NCBI GenBank assembly: GCA_041687715.1
Contig: JBDNJO010000001.1
Span: 6-64,005, forward strand
Length of the DNA stretch: 64,000 nucleotides
Reading direction: 5' to 3'
Source: Candidatus Nanopelagicales bacterium
Lineage (GTDB): Bacteria; Actinomycetota; Actinomycetes; S36-B12; UBA5976
The notes beneath the pieces are model-generated. The model saw nothing but the letters and a program-made list of their open reading frames with translations, was not told the DNA's origin and did not search any database. How positions within the stretch are numbered: the stretch's first letter is position 1; the number at the start of each line of letters is the position of its first letter. Position numbers and translations under genes: made by a program. Shown piece by piece: positions 17,645-26,865 of the stretch.

Positions 17645-20157
17645 GACCGATCCACATTGTCCCTCAACTCGCGCACCAATCTAATCGCGCCAACATCTGT
17701 TGAGCTTGCAATAAATGCATCTGCCTTAGCCATGATCTCGGGGGAGCCAAGAAGGGATGGGAAAAGTCCCAGCGTTAAAGTTTGGGAAATTTCATTGGTT
17801 CGAGTTTCCCAAATGTTCGCTAATGAATCGAAGTATCTATCAACGAATGGAATTAATAGTTCACGTTGATCTGGTTGCGAGAACCCACCAACGGTTGCTT
17901 CGAGTAACGCATTAGCGAGTCCATCATTTTCAACAACTGCGTTCCACGCTTCGAGCTTTGCCGCTGCAGTTGGAATTCCTGATTTAGCTGAAGCTGCTTG
18001 ACGCTGGCCACCTGCAGTGTTGTCACGAGTTAATTCATCGTCGATCGCAGATGTTGTTAAGCCACCAAGTGCAACTAGCCGAGCCACGAGCGACCAACGA
18101 AGATCAGTATCAACTTCTAGTCCAGCTGGAACATTTGAACCATCTAGCCAGCCAGCCAAAATCTCAGTGTGCTGCGGAGTTCGAGCTAAGCCAACGATGT
18201 TCTTTACGAACGCGAGTTGATGATCGCCACCTGCATCTGCTTTTTCTAGAGCGGCCAACAGTGATGCAACCAAGGAATCACGATTTACTGCGCGGTTAGC
18301 AGGATTCGCAAATTGCTCGATGGCCGAACGTGCCTGTAGTAACAGTTGCTGAGCGACGCCGATTTCAATTTCACCCAGATCAGTATTTAAAACCATACTT
18401 AAATAATCACTAGCACTCATTTCAGCGTCGCGCGTCATATCCCAGGAAGCGCCCCAGATGAGTGCGCGAGCAACCCCATCTTCGATGTCGCGTAAACCAG
18501 TTGCTGAAGTCTTGGCTGAGTTGTCATCAAGGCGGATTTTTACAAAGGTGTAGTCGCCATCGTTTAACAACATCAAATCTGCAATTGGTTGTCCGACAAG
18601 TTCAGGCACATCAGTGCGAGCACCATCGACATCGATTTCGATGCGCTTATCTCGCTTTATTTGGGTACCAGCTCGGTTGTAAAGTCCGATTCCAATGTGA
18701 TGCGGGCGTAGTAATTGATCTACACCAACAGGGGAAACTGGTGGTTCTTGAACGATTGTTACTGACTTGTACTTTCCGTCTTGCACCACAATTTCAGGGC
18801 GAAGGGTATTTACACCAGCAGTTTGGAGCCAGCGTTGCGTCCAGTCTTTGAGCGAGCGGCCGCATGCTTGCTCAAGTTCAACGAGTAAATCTTGTAACTC
18901 GGTATTACCCCAAGCATGCTTCTTAAAGTAGGCACGAATTCCCGTAAAGAAAGCCTCTTCACCAACCCAGGCAACAAGCTGACGAAGCGCGGATGCACCC
19001 TTTGCATAAGTAATGCCATCAAAGTTAACTTCAACTGCGTCTAAGTCAAACATGTCCGCAACAATCGGGTGAGTAGTTGGCAATTGATCTTGGCGGTAAC
19101 CCCAAGACTTGCGTTGATTAACGAAGTTAACCCACGCTTCGGTGTACTGCGTTGCTTCAACTGATGCATGATGCGCAGCCCACTCAGCAAAACTTTCATT
19201 TAGCCACAGGTCATCCCACCACTTCATTGTGACTAAATCGCCAAACCACATGTGCGCCATCTCGTGCAGAACAGTGTTTGCGCGCTGTTCATAAGTAGCG
19301 CGCGTTACTTTGCTACGAAATACGTAACTTTCATGATGCGTAACGCAGGCAGCATTCTCCATCGCACCAGCATTAAATTCTGGAACAAACAATTGGTCAT
19401 ACTTTTCAAATGGATATCCGTAATCAAAGGCATCTTCAAAGTACTTGAAACCTTGCTTGGTTACCGTGAACAAATCTTCGGGATCGAGATACTCCGCTAG
19501 GGAGTTACGGCAAAACAATCCAAGGGGATAGGTGCCGAACTTGCCTCTATATTCATCGCGCACTTCGTAATAAGGACCAGCCACAATTGCAGTGATGTAA
19601 GTGGACATTTTGGCGCTTGGTGCAAAGGTCCAGCGCTCAATGCCATCGCGAACTGACTCTGGCATCGGTGTCGCTGAGTTGCTGGTTACTTTCCAATGGC
19701 CAGGCGCCGTGATGGTGAAAGCAAAAGTTGCCTTGATATCAGGCTGATCAAAACAAGCAAATACTCGACGGGCATCAGCAATTTCAAATTGTGTATAGAG
19801 GTAGACCTCATCATCAACGGGGTCAATGAACCTGTGCATACCCTCGCCAGTATTCATATAGGCGGCTTCTGCCTCAACAATCAAAACGTTGTGGGACTTT
19901 AGGTTGTGCAGTGGAATTCGGAAACCGTCATGAGTCCCGGTATCAAGGGATTCGCCATTTAATTCGATACGTTGAACTTTTGGCGCAATGAAATCGATCC
20001 AAGTTGAATTGCCTTCTCTGGCAGTGAAGTGCACCGTTGTCTTGCTTGTAAAGGTGTCATCACGGGTTGTTAGGTCTAACTCAATTTCATAAGAGTGGGC
20101 CTGGACTACGGCAGAACGTTCGCTCGCTTCAAGTCTTGTGATGTTGGTACCTGACAC
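17611..20157 (-). CDS. pepN: Aminopeptidase N (M1 family)
   Basis: 848 aa. The GAMEN motif (FNAGAMENAACVT) and HEMAHMWFGDLVTMKWWDDLWLNESFAEW zinc site are present. GTG start. Confidence 0.9.
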   Translation of the reverse strand: MSGTNITRLEASERSAVVQAHSYEIELDLTTRDDTFTSKTTVHFTAREGNSTWIDFIAPKVQRIELNGESLDTGTHDGFRIPLHNLKSHNVLIVEAEAAYMNTGEGMHRFIDPVDDEVYLYTQFEIADARRVFACFDQPDIKATFAFTITAPGHWKVTSNSATPMPESVRDGIERWTFAPSAKMSTYITAIVAGPYYEVRDEYRGKFGTYPLGLFCRNSLAEYLDPEDLFTVTKQGFKYFEDAFDYGYPFEKYDQLFVPEFNAGAMENAACVTHHESYVFRSKVTRATYEQRANTVLHEMAHMWFGDLVTMKWWDDLWLNESFAEWAAHHASVEATQYTEAWVNFVNQRKSWGYRQDQLPTTHPIVADMFDLDAVEVNFDGITYAKGASALRQLVAWVGEEAFFTGIRAYFKKHAWGNTELQDLLVELEQACGRSLKDWTQRWLQTAGVNTLRPEIVVQDGKYKSVTIVQEPPVSPVGVDQLLRPHHIGIGLYNRAGTQIKRDKRIEIDVDGARTDVPELVGQPIADLMLLNDGDYTFVKIRLDDNSAKTSATGLRDIEDGVARALIWGASWDMTRDAEMSASDYLSMVLNTDLGEIEIGVAQQLLLQARSAIEQFANPANRAVNRDSLVASLLAALEKADAGGDHQLAFVKNIVGLARTPQHTEILAGWLDGSNVPAGLEVDTDLRWSLVARLVALGGLTTSAIDDELTRDNTAGGQRQAASAKSGIPTAAAKLEAWNAVVENDGLANALLEATVGGFSQPDQRELLIPFVDRYFDSLANIWETRTNEISQTLTLGLFPSLLGSPEIMAKADAFIASSTDVGAIRLVRELRDNVDRSLRCQACDGAK

Positions 20158-20245
20158 AGGCGCACTCCTTGGAAATCAAATTCTTGGGTACGTACAGTTT
20201 GACACCTAAAAATCGATAGGCAACATGTGGGTCTAATCTGAAGGC

Positions 20246-20860
20246 ATGACACAAACTAAAACATCTGCAGATTTCTGGTTCGATCCAATTTGTCCGTGGG
20301 CATGGATTTCCTCGCGCTGGATGCTTGAAGTTGAACAAGTGCGACCAGTGACTACAAACTGGCACGTTATGTCACTTGCCGTCCTAAACGAGGGCCGCGA
20401 TTTACCTGAGAAGTACATCGACTTGATGAAGCGCGCTTGGGCGCCAGTTCGTGTTGTCATTGCAGCTCAAGAACGTCATGGCTTGGAAGTTACGGGCGCT
20501 CTCTACACCGCAATGGGAACGCGTATTCATAATCAAGGCCGCGGTGATGATTATTTGCCTGTGATCGCAGAGTCTTTGGCAGAGTGCGGCCTAGACGCCG
20601 ATCTAATTGATGCTGCGAATTCCACAGACTTCGATGAAGCGTTAAAGGTAAGTCATCACGCAGGTATGGATCCAGTTGGTATGGATGTTGGCACGCCAGT
20701 TATCCACGTAAATGACACAGCTTTTTTTGGACCAGTGATTTCGCCAACGCCTCGCGGTGAGGCAGCTGGAAAATTATGGGATGGCGTATTGCTCGTTTCA
20801 GCAACGGATGGCTTCTTTGAATTGAAACGAACTCGCACACGCGATCCAATTTTTGATTAG
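20246..20860 (+). CDS. DsbA-fold thiol oxidoreductase, homolog of M. tuberculosis Rv2466c (mycoredoxin-2 / mycothiol-dependent nitroreductase)
   Basis: End-to-end resemblance to Rv2466c as I recall it (DFWFDPxCPW.W..SRW..EV ... FFGPV ... FFELKRTR). It sits between pepN and rpiB, as in Mtb. The active site reads CPWA rather than CPWC. Confidence 0.8.
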   Translation: MTQTKTSADFWFDPICPWAWISSRWMLEVEQVRPVTTNWHVMSLAVLNEGRDLPEKYIDLMKRAWAPVRVVIAAQERHGLEVTGALYTAMGTRIHNQGRGDDYLPVIAESLAECGLDADLIDAANSTDFDEALKVSHHAGMDPVGMDVGTPVIHVNDTAFFGPVISPTPRGEAAGKLWDGVLLVSATDGFFELKRTRTRDPIFD

Positions 20861-20897
20861 TCACAAATTTCTACAGGGGAACTGGAAAGATTAAGCC

Positions 20898-21344
20898 ATG
20901 CGCGTTCACTTAGCCACGGATCATGCTGGCCTGGAATTCAAAGATGCATTAACTAAGCATCTAACCGGCAAGGGTTACGAAGTAGTCGATCATGGCGCTT
21001 ATGAATATGACGCTGAGGATGATTACCCAGCATTTTGTATTGCCGCCGCCGAAGCAGTAGCAGCAGAGCCAGAATCACTCGGCGTAGTTTTTGGCGGCTC
21101 TGGAAATGGTGAACAAATTGCTGCCAACAAAGTTAATGGAGTTCGCGCGGCGTTGGCTTGGAGCATTGCAACTGCGCAACTTGCGAAAGAACATAACAAC
21201 GCAAATGTTGTTGGGATTGGCGCACGTCAACACACTCAAACTGAAGCGTTTGAGATTATTGATGCGTTTTTAGAAACCCCGTTTAGTGACGCAGAGCGCC
21301 ATGTGCGCCGAATCGGGCAAATTTCCGAGTACGAAAATCTTTAA
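20898..21344 (+). CDS. rpiB: Ribose-5-phosphate isomerase B
   Basis: 148 aa with MRVHLATDHAGLEFK and GSGNGEQIAANK motifs. Confidence 0.9.
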   Translation: MRVHLATDHAGLEFKDALTKHLTGKGYEVVDHGAYEYDAEDDYPAFCIAAAEAVAAEPESLGVVFGGSGNGEQIAANKVNGVRAALAWSIATAQLAKEHNNANVVGIGARQHTQTEAFEIIDAFLETPFSDAERHVRRIGQISEYENL

Positions 21345-21512
21345 CTGATTTTGCTCTGCAATTTCGCGCATTCTTGAATTTTACAAAGGGCAACGTTTTT
21401 GGGATTTGTTTGAAAAAGTTTGACTAGGTGTATTTCTATTCCGTTACAAAGCGCCCAACCCCTCAGAATCCTCTATAATTTGAGAGAAATCGTAATTAAG
21501 GGGCTATACGTA

Positions 21513-22037
21513 ATGTTAAAAGATTCAGCGAAGAATCTTGCTGGTCGCTTCGACCATTACGTCATTAACCTTTTTGGTAAAATTGGGGTTCCTTTCTTGC
21601 GGACTTCAATTGGTATCGTTTTTATTTGGTTTGGTGCGCTTAAGACGGTAGGTCATCTCTCGCCGGCGTATGACATGGTGGCTGCGACGGTTTATTGGCT
21701 AACACCTGGAATTATTGTTCCGATCCTCGGTTGGTGGGAAATTGCAATTGGGGTATGTTTTTTAATTCCTGCCTTATTGCGCATCGGACTTTTACTTCTA
21801 GCGCTACAAATGCCAGGCACTTTCTTGCCTCTAATTCTCCTGCCGGAGCAATGTTTCAAAGTTTTTCCTTTTGTGTTGACACTTGAAGGTCAATACATCG
21901 TAAAAAATCTTGTGATTATTGGCGCCGCCTTGGTGATTGGTGCGGGTCTGACAATCAGGAAACCAATGGAAAAGAGTGTCAGAACTATGGCAGTTAACGA
22001 GCGTTCGCAAGTGAGTGCCAACGAAGAATACCGTTAA
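21513..22037 (+). CDS. DUF417/YkgB-like (DoxX-like) integral membrane protein
   Basis: LRTSIGIVFIWFGALK resembles the YkgB N-terminal helix, and there are 4 predicted TM helices. The start was moved from 21420 to ATG 21513, which lies 10 nt after AAGGGG. Confidence 0.5.
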   Translation: MLKDSAKNLAGRFDHYVINLFGKIGVPFLRTSIGIVFIWFGALKTVGHLSPAYDMVAATVYWLTPGIIVPILGWWEIAIGVCFLIPALLRIGLLLLALQMPGTFLPLILLPEQCFKVFPFVLTLEGQYIVKNLVIIGAALVIGAGLTIRKPMEKSVRTMAVNERSQVSANEEYR

Positions 22038-22318
22038 TTAATTAGTAGTTCGATTTCCACAAATTCCACAAAAACCAAACTGTTATTGCGCACATTGTGG
22101 GTCGCACCCTTATTTCGAGCATAGCTTTCACCAGCAACTTGCTGCATTTGCAAAACTTCATCACTGCCGTCGGTAGACGTTAATTGCCCGCCTGTAATAG
22201 GGACGACTACATAATCAAACTCATGGGTGTGCACACCGGTTTCGCTTCCTGGGTCAAAGGACCAGCGGGTTACACGTAAGCGACCATCATCAGACATCTG
22301 GGTTGCAATAGCGAACAT
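22034..22318 (-). CDS. Cupin-domain protein (94 aa)
   Basis: GVHTHEFDYVVVP and the downstream H..RN form a bicupin-type metal motif. Its stop overlaps the neighbour's stop in TTAA. Confidence 0.6.
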   Translation of the reverse strand: MFAIATQMSDDGRLRVTRWSFDPGSETGVHTHEFDYVVVPITGGQLTSTDGSDEVLQMQQVAGESYARNKGATHNVRNNSLVFVEFVEIELLIN

Positions 22319-22320
22319 GT

Positions 22321-22342
22321 GTGTAACTTACATCAGTTACAC
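22321..22342. promoter_or_regulatory. Perfect 8-6-8 palindrome abutting the cupin gene start (candidate operator or 5' hairpin)
   Basis: GTGTAACT-TACATC-AGTTACAC at 22321-22342. It ends 2 nt upstream of the cupin ATG (22318, minus strand). Confidence 0.35.
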
Positions 22343-22403
22343 GGGCGGGACACAGGGACTTGAAGTCTTGAGGTAGTCTATGTCTGCGCAGAAAATGCAA
22401 CAT

Positions 22404-22477
22404 GCGGGTGTAGCTCAATGGTAGAGCCCCAGCCTTCCAAGCTGGCCATGCCGGTTCGATCCCGGTCACCCGCTCCA
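22404..22477 (+). tRNA. tRNA-Gly (anticodon TCC)
   Basis: GCGGGTGTAGCTCAATGGTAGAGC...CCAGC CTTCCAA GCTGG...GCCGGTTCGATCCCGGTCACCCGCTCCA. Cloverleaf fold with CCA encoded. Confidence 0.9.
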
Positions 22478-22579
22478 CCCGATTTGAGTACCTCAATCGC
22501 ACGAGCATCACATTGTTGAACCTGGCCAGAACTCGTTTTTGGTAACTTCCGAAAATTGACTAGAATCGAACAGCAAGAT

Positions 22580-22652
22580 CGGGGCGTAGCGTAGTGGCTA
22601 GCGCGCCTGCTTTGGGAGCAGGAGACCGAGAGTTCGAGTCTCTCCGCCCCGA
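22580..22652 (+). tRNA. tRNA-Pro (anticodon TGG)
   Basis: Acceptor stem CGGGGCG/CGCCCCG, anticodon stem CCTGC/GCAGG with loop TTTGGGA, T-loop TTCGAGT. CCA is not encoded. Confidence 0.85.
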
Positions 22653-22726
22653 CTCGTAGTTGCGGAGTCCGCCTTATTTATTTAGGGCGGGCTCTACACA
22701 TCTATCGCCCTATAAGTAGGAGAGCC

Positions 22727-24061
22727 GTGAAGAGCGCCGTAGAAAACATTTCCCCATCCCGCGTAAAGATCACCGTAGAGATGCCCTTTGCTGAACTTCA
22801 GCCAAATCTGGATTCGGCTTACCAGCGCATTGGTGCGCAAGTAAGCATCCCGGGATTCCGCAAGGGAAAAATTCCCACTCGCATTATTGATCAGCGCGTG
22901 GGTAGGGCTGCAGTTCTGGAAGAAGCAGTCAACGATGCAATTCCATCTGGCCTAGCGCAGGCGTTAATCGAAAATGAAATCGTGCAACTGGGTCGCCCTG
23001 AAGTTGACGTGACAACGCTGGATGAAGAAGCTGGCTTAATTTTCACAGCTGAACTTGATATCAGCCCAGAATTTGAACTTCCAAAATTTAGTGATCTTAA
23101 AGTCGTTGTCGATAATGCAGAAGTAACTATTGACCAAGTCGAAGAACAACTAACTGCACTTCGTGGCCGCTTTGGAGCATTAAAAGATGTAAAGCGCGCT
23201 GCAAAAGATGGCGATGTTTTATTGGTTGACTTACGTGGTGACCATGAAGGTCAGGACGTAGAAGAACTTTCCGCAAATGCATTCAGTTATGAACTTGGTT
23301 CTGACGACATGGTGCCTGGATTTGATGACGCAGTTCGCGGAGCCAAAGGCGATGAAGTCCGTCATTTCTTATTTACTCCTACAGCCGGTCAGTGGAGCGG
23401 CAAGGGAATAACAGTGGAAGTGAAAGTATTGGGAGTGCGCGAGCGTGAACTTCCAGCTGCCGATGATGAATTCGCACAACTAGCAAGTGAGTTCGACACT
23501 ATTGGTGAACTTCGCGAAGACATCCGCACTCGCTTAGGTCGGGTCCGATTAATTGAGCAGGCATACCAAGCACGCGATTTAACTCATGATGCACTTATGG
23601 AAGCAGTGAAGCTGGAATTGCCAGATCGCACTATTCAAGATGAAATCGCAGCTCACTTTGAAGATGGTCATGGTGATGATGCGCATCGCACTGAATACGA
23701 AACCACAACTCGAAGTGGCCTTAAGTCGCGGTTGATTTTAGACAAGATCGCGCAGACGCAAGATCTGCAAGTAAACGATGCCGAACTTTCCCAGTGGTTA
23801 ATCCAAGAAGCGCAGCGCTACAACATGGCCCCAGATCAGTTCGCCGATCAGCTGGTTCAGTCTGGCCAAGTTCAAGGCGCAGTCTCTGAAGTTCGTCGCG
23901 CAAAGGCGCTTGCAACCGTGCTAGAAAGTGTCTCTGTTGTTGATAAGTCAGGCAATGCCGTCGATTTAGAGTCAGTACTTCGTGGCGATGAATCAGATGC
24001 AGACTTTAACGCCGAATTTGATGCCAGTTCAGATACTGAAAACTTTGAGGCCGACGAATAG
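22727..24061 (+). CDS. tig: Trigger factor
   Basis: 444 aa. N-terminus VKITVEMPFAELQP and the GFRKGKIP ribosome-binding motif. Acidic C-terminal tail. GTG start after AGGAGA. Confidence 0.9.
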   Translation: MKSAVENISPSRVKITVEMPFAELQPNLDSAYQRIGAQVSIPGFRKGKIPTRIIDQRVGRAAVLEEAVNDAIPSGLAQALIENEIVQLGRPEVDVTTLDEEAGLIFTAELDISPEFELPKFSDLKVVVDNAEVTIDQVEEQLTALRGRFGALKDVKRAAKDGDVLLVDLRGDHEGQDVEELSANAFSYELGSDDMVPGFDDAVRGAKGDEVRHFLFTPTAGQWSGKGITVEVKVLGVRERELPAADDEFAQLASEFDTIGELREDIRTRLGRVRLIEQAYQARDLTHDALMEAVKLELPDRTIQDEIAAHFEDGHGDDAHRTEYETTTRSGLKSRLILDKIAQTQDLQVNDAELSQWLIQEAQRYNMAPDQFADQLVQSGQVQGAVSEVRRAKALATVLESVSVVDKSGNAVDLESVLRGDESDADFNAEFDASSDTENFEADE

Positions 24062-24125
24062 TCGGGCGAAAAGCAAATAGGTACTGCGAGGCCGACGAAT
24101 AGTCGAACTTGCTGGTTTTCCAGCA

Positions 24126-24139
24126 CGCTAGGAGCGAAC
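24126..24139. promoter_or_regulatory. Candidate ClgR operator upstream of clpP1P2
   Basis: CGCTAGGAGCGAAC has reverse complement GTTCGC-TCCTA-GCG. This fits the GTTCGC-N5-GCG / CGC-N5-GCG ClgR box as I recall it. It lies 76 nt upstream of the clpP1 start. Confidence 0.35.
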
Positions 24140-24214
24140 AAAGCCATGTCGCCCATGCCAATGTCAGGCCAACCCCTTAGTGTTTAGGAGTTACCAAAAT
24201 ATTTAGGAGTAATT

Positions 24215-24850
24215 GTGAGCGGCATCGAGGTCCCGGGATTTAATCTCCCGGAAGCACGCACCCCGTCCCCAACTGGACAGCAATTTGGCGATTCGGTTTA
24301 CCAGCGTTTGTTGCAAGATCGCATTATTTTCCTAGGAACCCAAGTCGCTGATGACATGGCAAATGCCATCTGTGCTCAGATCTTGTTGCTAGCAGCAGAT
24401 GATCCTGAAAAAGATATTTTCCTTTACATCAACTCACCTGGTGGCTCAATAAGTGCTGGTATGGCAATTTATGACACCATGCAGTTTGTTAAAAATGACG
24501 TAGCAACAGTTGCAATGGGACTTGCTGCGTCCATGGGTCAGTTCCTGTTATGCGCAGGTGCACCTGGAAAGCGTTACTCCTTGCCGCACGCTCGCATCAT
24601 GATGCACCAACCATCTGGTGGTATCGGCGGAACTGCAGCTGACATCAAGATCCAAGCTGAACAAATGAAATTTACCAAGGCAAAGATGGCAGAACTTATT
24701 GCTGAACACACAGGCCAGTCAATGCAAACAGTTACTGATGATTCTGATCGTGACCGCTGGTTCACTGCAGAAGAAGCAAAAGATTATGGTTTCGTCGATC
24801 ACGTTGTGCGCAGTGCGCGCGATGTGGCCGGCGAAGGCGGAACGGCATAA
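24215..24850 (+). CDS. clpP1: ATP-dependent Clp protease proteolytic subunit 1
   Basis: 211 aa with [17 protein letters not shown], the catalytic Ser context AASMG and MMHQPSGG. First gene of the actinobacterial clpP1-clpP2 pair. Confidence 0.9.
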   Translation: MSGIEVPGFNLPEARTPSPTGQQFGDSVYQRLLQDRIIFLGTQVADDMANAICAQILLLAADDPEKDIFLYINSPGGSISAGMAIYDTMQFVKNDVATVAMGLAASMGQFLLCAGAPGKRYSLPHARIMMHQPSGGIGGTAADIKIQAEQMKFTKAKMAELIAEHTGQSMQTVTDDSDRDRWFTAEEAKDYGFVDHVVRSARDVAGEGGTA

Positions 24851-24861
24851 GGGAGACTTCC

Positions 24862-25479
24862 ATGGATTACTCACCACAATCGCGTTACATTCTGCCTAAC
24901 TACATTGAGCGCACGCCGCAAGGCATTCGGGAATACAACCCGTACGGCAAATTATTCGAAGAGCGCATCATTTTCCTAGGTGTGCAAATTGATGATGCAT
25001 CTGCTGACGATGTCATGGCGCAACTCCTAGTTCTGGAATCGCTTGACCCAGATCGCGACATTCAGATGTACATCAATTCACCGGGTGGTTCTTACACTGC
25101 GATGACAGCAATTTACGACACTATGCAATTCGTAAAGTGCAATGTGCAAACAGTTTGTCTTGGTCAAGCAGCTTCGGCTGCTTCAGTAATTCTTGCTGCG
25201 GGTGCGCCAGGCAAGCGCTTTGCGTTGCCACATGCGCGGATTTTGATCCATCAGCCTTACACCGAAGGTGGCGGCCAAGGTTCAGACATTGAGATTCAAG
25301 CAAATGAAATCTTGCGTATGCGCGATGAGATGGAAGGCATTTTCTCCCATCACACTGGTCGCTCAGTTGAAGAGATTCGTCTTGATATGGATCGCGACAA
25401 AATCCTCACAGCCCCACAGGCCAAGGAATACGGAATCATCGACCAGGTCCTAAGTTCGCGGGTTCCGCTAAATAAATAA
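24862..25479 (+). CDS. clpP2: ATP-dependent Clp protease proteolytic subunit 2
   Basis: 205 aa with [24 protein letters not shown] and LIHQP. Confidence 0.9.
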   Translation: MDYSPQSRYILPNYIERTPQGIREYNPYGKLFEERIIFLGVQIDDASADDVMAQLLVLESLDPDRDIQMYINSPGGSYTAMTAIYDTMQFVKCNVQTVCLGQAASAASVILAAGAPGKRFALPHARILIHQPYTEGGGQGSDIEIQANEILRMRDEMEGIFSHHTGRSVEEIRLDMDRDKILTAPQAKEYGIIDQVLSSRVPLNK

Positions 25480-25582
25480 CCTTCCTTTGGCGTGTACGCC
25501 AAGAGAAATTGCACGATTCAAGATACTTTGGAAGAACGCTCGAAGTATCTGTCCACACTTATTCCCCCGGGAGGTGACCACT

Positions 25583-26863
25583 ATGGCTCGAATTGGCGAA
25601 GGTGGCGACCTGTTGAAGTGTTCGTTCTGTGGCAAAAGCCAGAAGCAGGTCAAGAAATTGATCGCTGGCCCCGCTGTATATATCTGTGACGAATGCATTG
25701 ACTTGTGCAATGAAATCATTGAAGAAGAATTAGGCGAGTCAGTAAACCTGGGCTGGGATGAACTTCCAAAGCCCCGCGAGATTTTTGCCTTCCTTGACCA
25801 ATACGTAATTGGTCAAGAAGTGGCAAAGAAGTCACTCTCGGTTGCTGTCTATAACCATTACAAGCGAGTTCAAGCTGGCGCGAATGAATCAACGCGCGAA
25901 GAAGGCGTTGAACTTGCTAAGTCAAATATTTTGCTACTTGGACCAACTGGTTCGGGTAAGACACTTCTGGCGCAAACTCTAGCTCGCATGCTCAATGTGC
26001 CATTTGCGATTGCAGATGCAACAGCATTGACTGAGGCTGGTTATGTTGGCGAAGATGTGGAAAACATTTTGCTGAAGTTAATTCAGGCTGCGGACTACGA
26101 CGTCAAAAAAGCTGAAACTGGAATTATTTACATTGATGAAATCGATAAGGTTGCGCGCAAGAGCGAAAACCCTTCGATAACCCGAGATGTATCTGGTGAA
26201 GGTGTCCAGCAGGCTCTTTTGAAAATACTTGAAGGCACAACTGCCTCGGTTCCACCACAGGGTGGCCGCAAGCATCCACATCAGGAATTCATTCAAATAG
26301 ATACCAGCAATGTTTTGTTTATCGTTGGTGGCGCATTTGCTGGCCTGGACCAAATTATTCGCCAGCGCATCGGCAAGAAGGCACTGGGCTTCACTGCAAA
26401 CATCGAGCAACAAGAAGTTAACGAACAAGATATTTTCTCGCAGGTTATGCCAGAAGATCTGTTGAAGTTCGGCATGATCCCAGAATTTATTGGTCGCTTG
26501 CCGGTATTTACTTCGGTCGCTCAACTCGACAAAGAATCACTAGTTGCCGTATTGACTGAACCAAAGAATGCTTTAGTTCGCCAGTACCAAAAACTATTTG
26601 ACCTAGATGGCGTAGAACTTGAGTTCACCCCAGATGCACTTGAAGCAGTTGCGGAACAAGCAATTTTGCGTGGCACAGGTGCTCGTGGACTGCGCGCGAT
26701 TATGGAAGAAGTTTTGTTAACGGTTATGTATGACGTACCTAGCCGCGAAGATGTGGCTCGCGTAGTAATCAATCGGGAAGTTGTTGCAAAGAACGTAAAC
26801 CCAACTTTGATTCCACGCGATGCCCCAGTTGCAAAACGAATTCCAAAGGAAAAAACTGCTTAG
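25583..26863 (+). CDS. clpX: ATP-dependent Clp protease ATP-binding subunit ClpX
   Basis: Zinc finger [11 protein letters not shown]...CDECI, Walker [10 protein letters not shown] and IYIDEIDK. The start was moved from 25487 to ATG 25583, after GGGAGG. Confidence 0.95.
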   Translation: MARIGEGGDLLKCSFCGKSQKQVKKLIAGPAVYICDECIDLCNEIIEEELGESVNLGWDELPKPREIFAFLDQYVIGQEVAKKSLSVAVYNHYKRVQAGANESTREEGVELAKSNILLLGPTGSGKTLLAQTLARMLNVPFAIADATALTEAGYVGEDVENILLKLIQAADYDVKKAETGIIYIDEIDKVARKSENPSITRDVSGEGVQQALLKILEGTTASVPPQGGRKHPHQEFIQIDTSNVLFIVGGAFAGLDQIIRQRIGKKALGFTANIEQQEVNEQDIFSQVMPEDLLKFGMIPEFIGRLPVFTSVAQLDKESLVAVLTEPKNALVRQYQKLFDLDGVELEFTPDALEAVAEQAILRGTGARGLRAIMEEVLLTVMYDVPSREDVARVVINREVVAKNVNPTLIPRDAPVAKRIPKEKTA

Positions 26864-26865
26864 TT

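Noticed and set aside
22665-22694. Hairpin GAGTCCGCC-N12-GGCGGGCTC after tRNA-Pro as a terminator
   Set aside because: The 9-bp stem includes a G-U pair and there is no downstream T-tract. It could equally be a processing site or part of the tig leader. The evidence is insufficient to annotate it.
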